NCBI GenBank assembly: GCA_905197045.1
Contig: CAJJXG010000003.1
Span: forward strand, 30,146-94,145
Length of the DNA: 64,000 nt
Reading direction: 5' to 3'
From: an uncultured Bacillales bacterium
Lineage (GTDB): Bacteria > Bacillota_I > Bacilli_A > RFN20 > CAG-826
Numbering within the stretch: the stretch's first letter is position 1; each line of letters opens with the position of its first letter. Under the pieces are notes generated by a model, which was not told where the DNA came from, ran no database searches, and worked only from the letters and a program-made list of their open reading frames with translations. Positions 1-7,187 of the stretch are shown in pieces. A program made the translations under genes and the position numbers.

Positions 1-331
1 CTAAACAAATTAAAAAAGTAAGCGAATATACGATGATCCATTTTTTAGAAAATTTCGATTCATCGTAATACTCAGCAAGGCGATATTCGTAGATAAAAGC
101 GACCGTAAAGATTAAAACATAGATTAAAAAGCAGATAAGTAAAATATAAAACTGAGCTGAACCGTTAAATTCAACTAAGCCTAAGAAATTACCTAAACTT
201 GCAATAGGATTGGTGCTTACAAAAAGTGGCTCACGCGCATCGATTGCAAGCCCTGCAATTAAGACCATCACACAATAAAAATAGACGATACCAATTGCAA
301 TGAAATTTTTTCTCGTAAAATGTGTTTTCAT
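1..331 (-). CDS. Polytopic membrane protein, 3' end outside the window; last visible gene of the fibre-like operon
   Basis: ATG at 331-329, five nt after the sipW-like stop, with AAGGAG 8 nt upstream. The reverse frame stays open to base 1. Translation MKTHFTRKNFIAIGIVYFYCVMVLIAGLAIDAREPLF...FYILLICFLIYVLIFTVAFIY shows several hydrophobic helices. It is absent from the ORF track because it runs off the edge. Confidence 0.5.
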   Translation of the reverse strand, partial: MKTHFTRKNFIAIGIVYFYCVMVLIAGLAIDAREPLFVSTNPIASLGNFLGLVEFNGSAQFYILLICFLIYVLIFTVAFIYEYRLAEYYDESKFSKKWIIVYSLTFLICL

Positions 332-336
332 ATATT

Positions 337-1389
337 TTACTCCTTGTTGCCTCTTTTATCTTTGTCTAGTTTTGAAACTAGATTATTCCATTTTTCCTTG
401 ACTTTTGCAGAGATTTCTTTAATTTTTGAAGGTTTTTCATTCCCTTCACTCTTTGCTTTTTCTTTGTTAAGGTATGTTTCACCTTCTTCATTAATATTCA
501 TCTTTAAAACGATTTCAGGATTGTCTTTATAGTTAATTACTTCGTTATAATCGATTTTTATTTCTTCTTCAACTGGAAGAGAAGAAGAATAATCATATTT
601 AATAACGCTATCTAAATATTCAATTCGTGATTCAATGCTTTCTTCATATTTATTACGGTAATGATCAAACATAAGTAAGCAATAAACAACCGATAAAACC
701 GTAATTATTCCTGAATTAGATTGAAGGAAAACAATAAAAACGCCTAGTAAAGGAACTCTAGCATCGTTATATTTTCCAATGATTTTATCGTAAGTTAAGT
801 AGCCATTATATAGTCTATTTGTATCGCTTATGGCATTTGAATCGCCTCTAGTTACAAAAGTATTATCATCTCTAATTTCAATGATTCTATGAACGTAAAT
901 GACATCATCTTCCCCATAAAAAGCGACAACATCATATTGATTTATCTCTTCTACGCTTTGATATTTTGTGACGCCGATTATATCGTAAGTATCAAATTGA
1001 TTGTTGAGATTATATTCATCTAAGTAGTCATTAGCACTATTTCTTTCTGACATCGAGCCAGAGCTAATAACAATAAAACCCGAATCGCCAAAAAGAAGAT
1101 TGTTATTAAAAAAGCGAGAATATAAAGAAAAACCAAAAAAGGCTACTACTAAGCCCAAAAATGCATAACTTGTAATTCTTGAAGCGATGCGCTTTGTTTT
1201 TTCGCTTTTCTTTTTATTCTTTTCAATTCTTTCTTTATTATATTCAATTACTTCTTTATCAGCCTTGCCTTCTTTTATTTCATTAATATTAGAAAGATAA
1301 TAATGTCTAAAAAGAAAAGTGAAGACTAAACAAAAGCTCACTAAACAAATAATAGTTACAACAAGAGATAAGATTTCGACGTTATTCAT
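337..1389 (-). CDS. sipW: Signal peptidase I, ER/archaeal (S26B, SipW-like) type, with long N- and C-terminal extensions
   Basis: Catalytic boxes SSGSMSE (Ser), VIYVHRII (His) and TRGDSN (GDxN box) appear in the order seen in SipW/Sec11-type peptidases. TM segments flank the catalytic domain. The start overlaps the upstream paralogue's stop by 8 nt. Confidence 0.75.
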   Translation of the reverse strand: MNNVEILSLVVTIICLVSFCLVFTFLFRHYYLSNINEIKEGKADKEVIEYNKERIEKNKKKSEKTKRIASRITSYAFLGLVVAFFGFSLYSRFFNNNLLFGDSGFIVISSGSMSERNSANDYLDEYNLNNQFDTYDIIGVTKYQSVEEINQYDVVAFYGEDDVIYVHRIIEIRDDNTFVTRGDSNAISDTNRLYNGYLTYDKIIGKYNDARVPLLGVFIVFLQSNSGIITVLSVVYCLLMFDHYRNKYEESIESRIEYLDSVIKYDYSSSLPVEEEIKIDYNEVINYKDNPEIVLKMNINEEGETYLNKEKAKSEGNEKPSKIKEISAKVKEKWNNLVSKLDKDKRGNKE

Positions 1390-2089
1390 TATTTGTTGCT
1401 CCTATATATGATGGGGTGATGGTTAGATCGATTGGAAGTAAACCTTTGGCTTTTGCGGTAAAATCTTCTAAATATTCACCAATTTTTGAAATGTCGCCTT
1501 CCCATAAACCTGGGTTTTTATCATTAAATTTTGAGCCCCAAGCAAACTTATAAGTTAAGATCACTAAAGCACCTTTAAAATCATCATCATAAGTAATGCT
1601 ACCTTCAATATAAGAATTGTTTGTAGTTAAAGGGATTTTAGTTAAAGGATCCGAGGAAGTAGGCAAATTAAAACTAAAATCAGTTAAGCAATCTGCCACG
1701 ATATAGTTTTCCTTATCAAGTTCTTGATATTTACTAATTGATGTACTATTAAAAGAAGCTGTAATTTTAAAAGTATTAGCATCATTAATGGTTCTAGATG
1801 ATTCAAGTCTAAAATTAACAGTAAAAGATAAATCTTCCTTTCCATCATCTCCATTTGAAATATTAGTGCCACCATTTTCGACATTATCGAAAGCAATATT
1901 TAAATCGCTTTTTTGAATTTCAACAATTAAAGTTTTGTTTGTTAAATCGCCAACCGAAACAGTTACGCTTGTTTTATCATCAAGCGAACCATCGATGTTC
2001 CAAGTTGCAAAACCTACACCAACTAAAGAAAGTGCACTAAGAGCAATTACTCCATAAACTATGTATTTATTCTTTTTTCTATTTTTCAT
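1382..2089 (-). CDS. Exported protein with SipW-cognate-like signal, paralogue 6 of 6 (candidate fibre subunit)
   Basis: N-terminus MKNRKKNKYIVYGVIALSALSLVGVGFATWNIDG, followed by an alternating strand TSVTVSVGDL. C-terminal motif FAWGSKFNDKNPGLW, ending in DLTITPS. No lipobox Cys. Confidence 0.6.
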   Translation of the reverse strand: MKNRKKNKYIVYGVIALSALSLVGVGFATWNIDGSLDDKTSVTVSVGDLTNKTLIVEIQKSDLNIAFDNVENGGTNISNGDDGKEDLSFTVNFRLESSRTINDANTFKITASFNSTSISKYQELDKENYIVADCLTDFSFNLPTSSDPLTKIPLTTNNSYIEGSITYDDDFKGALVILTYKFAWGSKFNDKNPGLWEGDISKIGEYLEDFTAKAKGLLPIDLTITPSYIGATNNE

Positions 2090-2102
2090 ATTCCTTTACT
2101 TG

Positions 2103-2837
2103 TTAACTTCTACTTGGAGTAATAGTTAATTTAATCTCTGGATTACCACCATTAACATTTCCATAAGCAGTTTCAAAAGCTTTTAAAGTACTCATGATGC
2201 TTTCAGCATCAAATCCATCAGCACTCGTAATTGTGCACGGATTTTTTCCTGCAGGATTATTTCCTGCAAAAGCACTACCCCATTTAAAAGCAATAGTCGT
2301 TTCGATTGTTGCAACTGTAAATTCTGGGTTATAAGTAACATTGTTTGTAATATTTGAATTATTAACATCTGACATTGATCCAGCAGCTTCAGGTAAAGTA
2401 AATTCACAATTAGTTAAACAAGTTGTGTCAATATATTGAGGAGTTCCACCAATTGCAGTTTTTAAAGCATCTGCATCGCCGCTAAAATTATAACTTACCT
2501 TACAACCTTTATTTAAAGCGGTTTTACCTGTGATTGTATAAGTAAATGTGACATCCAAATTTTCGGTCGTTTCTTCACCGTTTGTTATAAAGTCACCTGA
2601 GCAACTATCCGCCTTTAAAGAATCAAATCTAATTGGATTAGCTAAATCGCTACCATTAATAATTTCTGCGGTTAAAGAAGCGTCATCAATTTCGCCAATT
2701 TCGACGCTAATTGTTGCGTTGACGCTTGTATTTGTAGGATTTTTAATTACCCAACTAGCAAAACCAATGCTAGCTAAACTAATAAAAGAAACTCCTAGCA
2801 AAATTGATATTAGTTTTTTATTACTTTTAATTTTCAT
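2103..2837 (-). CDS. Exported protein with SipW-cognate-like signal, paralogue 5 of 6
   Basis: N-terminus ...SLASIGFASWVIKNP, then ATISVEIGEID. C-terminal FKWGSAFAGNNPAGKNP and KLTITPS. Confidence 0.6.
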   Translation of the reverse strand: MKIKSNKKLISILLGVSFISLASIGFASWVIKNPTNTSVNATISVEIGEIDDASLTAEIINGSDLANPIRFDSLKADSCSGDFITNGEETTENLDVTFTYTITGKTALNKGCKVSYNFSGDADALKTAIGGTPQYIDTTCLTNCEFTLPEAAGSMSDVNNSNITNNVTYNPEFTVATIETTIAFKWGSAFAGNNPAGKNPCTITSADGFDAESIMSTLKAFETAYGNVNGGNPEIKLTITPSRS

Positions 2838-2839
2838 AA

Positions 2840-3637
2840 TTAGTTAGATTCTCCTTCACTTACTAAAGTGAGAGTAATGGTAATTTCTTTACCATTTAAA
2901 TTTTGATTCATTGTATCAATATCATTTCCATAAAGTTCTAGAACTGATAAGTAGTTATTTAAAGCAGTTTGAGTGTCTCCGTTAGTTTCTCGAGCTGTTT
3001 TATAATCCTCTTTATAGTCATTAACTTTTCCTTCATAGAAAGACTTTGGATCATCGCCATTAAAGAAACTACCAGGTTTAATTCCAAATTGAGACATATC
3101 AAAATTCTCAATTTTATAAAAAGAAGTTCCAAGAGCAGTAAATTTTTCTTTAGGTAATGCTATTGTTGGCTGAGTTATAGCAAAATATTCGTATTCTTTA
3201 TTTGATTCTCTACCAATGAGCTGTTCTGCATCACTTGAAGATGCTATAACTTTATTTTTATTATTTCTATCATCTTCTGCAGGCTCTTCATTGCTATCTC
3301 CAATAAATATACTAGATTGAATAGAAAGAGAATTGCTACTGCTACTATTAAAAACCGAATTATAAACATCGCTAGAAATAACGATATCGCTTGTTCCACC
3401 TAAAGTCACACTAGATTGACTTTCAACATTTAAAGTAGGATTAGACTCACTAGGCGTATAATCAATAACTTTAGAAAAATCGTAAGAAACATCAATATTT
3501 ACAGATAGATTTAAAGAATTATTTCCATCTCCTAAAGAAATAATCCATGTTGAAAAGCCAATACTTGCTAAAGAAAGTATTGTACAAGCAAAAATTCCTA
3601 ACGAAATATGTTTGATTTTCTTAGATTTATTAAGCAT
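2840..3637 (-). CDS. Exported protein with SipW-cognate-like signal, paralogue 4 of 6 (most divergent, Ser-rich)
   Basis: N-terminus ...SLASIGFSTWIISLG, then LNLSVNIDVS. The C-terminal motif is degenerate (GIKPGSFFNGDDPKSFY). Contains a Ser/Asn-rich low-complexity stretch SSSSNSLSIQSS. Confidence 0.55.
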   Translation of the reverse strand: MLNKSKKIKHISLGIFACTILSLASIGFSTWIISLGDGNNSLNLSVNIDVSYDFSKVIDYTPSESNPTLNVESQSSVTLGGTSDIVISSDVYNSVFNSSSSNSLSIQSSIFIGDSNEEPAEDDRNNKNKVIASSSDAEQLIGRESNKEYEYFAITQPTIALPKEKFTALGTSFYKIENFDMSQFGIKPGSFFNGDDPKSFYEGKVNDYKEDYKTARETNGDTQTALNNYLSVLELYGNDIDTMNQNLNGKEITITLTLVSEGESN

Positions 3638-3656
3638 AAAGTTTATTTATTCAATT

Positions 3657-4454
3657 TTAAGCGGATGCTTTAGGACTAAGTTCTAAACTAACTTCAATTT
3701 TCATTGTTTTACCAACAAATGCACCCTTCATTGCAGCTAGTTCAGTTTTTACTTGTTCTAATTTATTAACTTTTTGAACCGTTGTATCGGTTGATGGAAT
3801 TTTACTGTTATAAAATTCTGAAGGAGTTTGGCTACCATCACCAAATAAAGTGCCCCGTTTAAAAGTAAAAACATTTTGTTTAAACTTCATAAACGTATAA
3901 GCTGAGCCTTTATATTCAGTTTCTGTTTCAAAATAGGTATCAAGATTACTAGTAGTTATCTCTAAACCATAACCAGAGCCGCCAGATAAAGCTTTTCCAC
4001 CTACAAGATCAATATAGGAATATTCTTTTGCTGCTAACCCTAAAGCATTTCCTTCTGTTCTTGTATACGTTGGCCACTTAGCGTTATCAATAGTCAATTT
4101 TAAAGTTAATTTGCTAAATTCAAAACTATCATTTGAATAAACAAAATTGAATTCCTTTAAATTTATAGTCAAATCTTGAGTTTTTGAGTTATTGTTATCA
4201 AATCCGATAACTCTACCTTGGTCTAAACTTATTTCAGCACTTTCACAAAAAGTTAAACCAGTTTCATCATCAGCTTTAGCAATACTCACATATTGCGTGC
4301 TATCTTTTACAACATCAATATCAACAGAAACTTCAGCAGAAACGCTTGTTTGAGTTAAGCCAGTAAGCCAAGTTGCTAAACCAACAGAGCTTACCGCAAC
4401 TGTAGCAAGCGCTACGCCAAGAATAGTATATTTTTTAGTTTTATTGAGTTTCAT
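3657..4454 (-). CDS. Exported protein with SipW-cognate-like signal, paralogue 3 of 6
   Basis: N-terminus ...AVSSVGLATWLTGLT, then AEVSVDIDV. C-terminal FKRGTLFGDGSQTPSEFY. Confidence 0.6.
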   Translation of the reverse strand: MKLNKTKKYTILGVALATVAVSSVGLATWLTGLTQTSVSAEVSVDIDVVKDSTQYVSIAKADDETGLTFCESAEISLDQGRVIGFDNNNSKTQDLTINLKEFNFVYSNDSFEFSKLTLKLTIDNAKWPTYTRTEGNALGLAAKEYSYIDLVGGKALSGGSGYGLEITTSNLDTYFETETEYKGSAYTFMKFKQNVFTFKRGTLFGDGSQTPSEFYNSKIPSTDTTVQKVNKLEQVKTELAAMKGAFVGKTMKIEVSLELSPKASA

Positions 4455-4469
4455 AACTATTACCTGTAA

Positions 4470-5291
4470 CTATGCACTCACTTTTTTAATAGCTTCGACC
4501 TTAAGAGTAAGCTCTTTTAAATTGGTTTTCATTGCTCCTAGTTCTTTAGTAGCTTTTTGAGAAGCTTTAAACAAAACATCGAATTTATCTTTACCAAAAT
4601 ATGCGCCACCTTCTTCAAAATCTGCATCAGTATATAAAGAATTGTAGAAATTAACAGGGGATTTACCTTCTAATGCATCCTTGTCAAAAAATGTGCCCCA
4701 TTTGAAATTAAAATTATTCTTTTCACCTTTAATGGTGTATTCTTTAAATCCATCAGTATCAGGACCAGTGATTGTGAAATTTTCATCGGTCAAATCTAGA
4801 GTTACATCAGCAAATGAAACATAAGTCCAAGAGGAGCCTTTTCTTTTGCCGTGTTCACTAAATTCATTAGTTGTAACGGTGTTCCCTTGATTTAAATTAA
4901 CAGTACCAGCAGAATAAACAGGTAAAGAAATTTTTATTGCATCAGGTTTGCCAACAAAATCATCTGCACTCATGGTTAATTTTAATTCAGAAAACGTAAA
5001 ACCAAGATAATTTTCACCAGCAGTATTAATTTCACCTTGTTTTGCTTCAATTATTTTATAATCTCCACCATCACTTCCTGTTCCTGCAGCTTCAGCTAAT
5101 TTTATTCCTTTAGCAATTTTAGCTGATAAAAATACAGATTGATTAGTTGTATCATCAACAGTAGCAGTAACTTTTACATCTTCGCTAGTTTTTTGAACGC
5201 CAACAAGCCAGGTAGCAAAACCAACAGTGCAAACTGAAAGAATAGCTAAAGAACTTACACCTAAAGCGATGATTTTATTTCTTTTTTTCAT
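4470..5291 (-). CDS. Exported protein with SipW-cognate-like signal, paralogue 2 of 6
   Basis: N-terminus ...SVCTVGFATWLVGVQ, then VKVTATVDD. C-terminal FKWGTFFDKDALEGKSPVNFY. Confidence 0.6.
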   Translation of the reverse strand: MKKRNKIIALGVSSLAILSVCTVGFATWLVGVQKTSEDVKVTATVDDTTNQSVFLSAKIAKGIKLAEAAGTGSDGGDYKIIEAKQGEINTAGENYLGFTFSELKLTMSADDFVGKPDAIKISLPVYSAGTVNLNQGNTVTTNEFSEHGKRKGSSWTYVSFADVTLDLTDENFTITGPDTDGFKEYTIKGEKNNFNFKWGTFFDKDALEGKSPVNFYNSLYTDADFEEGGAYFGKDKFDVLFKASQKATKELGAMKTNLKELTLKVEAIKKVSA

Positions 5292-5325
5292 AAGAATACC
5301 CCAAATATAAATTATTTAATACGTT

Positions 5326-6144
5326 TTATTCACCAGTAACAGCAGAGAATAAAACATGGATATTTTTTCCATCAAATGCTTGGCTGAGCGCATCAAATTC
5401 GCCTTTAACAAGATTAATATCTTCTGTACTATTTTGAATTTGTTTACGAGCAAAATTACCTACCTCAACTTTCGAATATTCTCCAGTGTACAAATCATTA
5501 TAAAATTTGCTTGGAGTTTTTCCGTCAAAGAAGGAGCCCCATTTAAATAAAGTAATATTTAAACTCTCTGCGGTATATGTAATATCTCCTGTTTCACGAT
5601 CTGTTGCCATTGTAAAACCGTTATTAGAGCCATTGTCTGTAGGTAAAACATACTCAGAAGTAGCGATATCTAAATATGTGTAAGTTGCACCTTCCCTAAT
5701 ATTAGTTGCTTGACCAACTACTACATTATTATTTTTTGTGCCATCGTTAGGATCAGTATACGAAACGCCACCTTCTGCTCCTGGATTAAAACCAATAGTG
5801 ATTTTTGTAGGTCTTTCATTTTTAGGAACTCCACTACCTACTGTTAAGGTAACGTTAGCAGTAACTACAAAATCTGTAGCTTTTCCACTATCGATTGTTA
5901 TAAATTCGCCTTGAGAGCTTTCTTCGCTAATACTAACTGCTGCTTCAGTTAATTTAACCTCTAAAACAATATTATTCGTTCTAGCAGTATCAACAGTAAC
6001 ATTAGTTGTACCATCTACCTGAGTTGTAGTGGCACCAATAATCCAAGTAGCGAAACCTGTCGTTAAGAGTGCCACGCCACCAAAGATCAAAACGCCATTA
6101 ATAACGGCTTTTCTAAACGAAGAATTTTTTAATTTCTTTTTCAT
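5326..6144 (-). CDS. Exported protein with SipW-cognate-like signal, paralogue 1 of 6 (first gene of the operon)
   Basis: N-terminus ...ALLTTGFATWIIGAT, then TNVTVDTA. C-terminal FKWGSFFDGKTPSKFY. Confidence 0.6.
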   Translation of the reverse strand: MKKKLKNSSFRKAVINGVLIFGGVALLTTGFATWIIGATTTQVDGTTNVTVDTARTNNIVLEVKLTEAAVSISEESSQGEFITIDSGKATDFVVTANVTLTVGSGVPKNERPTKITIGFNPGAEGGVSYTDPNDGTKNNNVVVGQATNIREGATYTYLDIATSEYVLPTDNGSNNGFTMATDRETGDITYTAESLNITLFKWGSFFDGKTPSKFYNDLYTGEYSKVEVGNFARKQIQNSTEDINLVKGEFDALSQAFDGKNIHVLFSAVTGE

Positions 6145-6309
6145 CTGAATAATCCCTTCCTAGTTTGCGGCTAGTAATGAACTTTAGCAAATGCGAAATT
6201 GAAGAATGTTGACTTAATCGTCTAGTGAAAGCTTCCTTACACAAACTTTACCGGCAAGAATAGGAATTAATCCCTCTCACGCTTTTGCAACTTTACTAAA
6301 GTCTTTTTT

Positions 6310-6330
6310 ATATGTATCTATGATACATAT
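6310..6330. promoter_or_regulatory. Inverted repeat (9-bp perfect arms, 3-bp spacer) upstream of the six-paralogue operon; candidate operator
   Basis: atatgtatc-tat-gatacatat read directly from the sequence. It lies about 170 nt upstream of the first ATG (6144). Confidence 0.3.
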
Positions 6331-6605
6331 CTTATTGTCGAAAGACAAGATATCGAAGAGTATATTTTTTACATATTTCACAAAAAAGACGCAAAAGTGA
6401 ACTATTTTTTGATTATTTTATAGGAATTTTCTATTCAAAACTTCTCATTTTTGGCAGTTTTCTTCCATTTTTGCATTTTTGAAAACTTATTATTTTGTTA
6501 AAAACCGTCATTCGTAATTTGTTCAAAATATCTGTATTTAGAAACGAATAATAAATGAAACAAGCTTTATTGCAAGTAAAAAACTATCCTTAAATAAAGT
6601 TTTTC

Positions 6606-7067
6606 GGACATTATTGTGCAGCTGCGAATTTAGACAAGACGCCTGGAAAAGTTGTTTCGCTTAATGAATACCGTTGGAATATCGAATACATGTTTAGAAC
6701 GATGAAAACTAATTAAAATGCTCACCCACTTTTTGTGTATACTGAAGAACACATTAAAGGACATTTAAAGATTGTTTGTTTAAAATTAAATGTTTTAAGA
6801 TTGCTTCATTTAGATATGTATAAAGTTATAAGAAAAACTGAAGATATTGAAAAACTAGGTGATGAAGATCCGGATTATGAATGGCTTACTTTAAATAAAA
6901 TTTTAGATACTTTAAGAGACATGAACTTAATGGAATTAAACGTCGAAGAAGAGTTCTTTGTTCCTTCATTTACAAGAACAAAACTTAAAGAGGCATTAAG
7001 AAAAACTTATGAGATCGCATTAGCGAAATCATTAATAAGAGGAAAAATTCTCAAGAAATTTAAATAG
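6606..7067 (+). pseudogene. 3' remnant of an IS4/IS1634-like DDE transposase
   Basis: Translation GHYCAAANLDKTPGKVVSLNEYRWNIEYMFRTMKTN-stop contains the Y-x2-R-x3-E-x6-K signature. It continues as ...EEHIKGHLKIVCLKLNVLRLL..., a typical C-terminal tail. An internal stop is present and no N-terminal catalytic part is visible. Confidence 0.6.
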
Positions 7068-7098
7068 TTCGCTACAAAAATTTTAAAGCGACACAGTG

Positions 7099-7126
7099 AA
7101 AAAAGCGATGGTTATCGCTTTTTTTC
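7099..7126 (-). terminator. Rho-independent terminator downstream of the GH13 gene (bidirectional shape)
   Basis: aaaaagcgat-ggtt-atcgcttttttt: the stem is flanked by an A-run on one side and a T-run on the other. Confidence 0.6.
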
Positions 7127-7187
7127 ATTTTTAGATGTAAAAGTCAGCAAAGTATGCAAAACTGACTGATTTTAAAGTTAATGGGTG

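Noticed and set aside
1382-6144. Type IV pilins/pseudopilins or lipoproteins as the identity of the six paralogues
   Set aside because: Prepilin signals have a short basic leader followed by G|F-T-L-x-E before the hydrophobic helix; here the conserved G-F-A-T-W follows the helix, and no prepilin peptidase or ATPase is nearby. There is no conserved Cys lipobox. The single Cys in paralogue 2 is not shared.
6145-6300. c-di-GMP (GEMM) or other known riboswitch in the leader of the fibre-like operon
   Set aside because: It is tempting because matrix operons are often c-di-GMP controlled. I could not find the conserved GEMM-I/II cores, only a weak long-range complementarity (ttgcaaaagcg / cgcatttgctaa). 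It is left as an unexplained leader.
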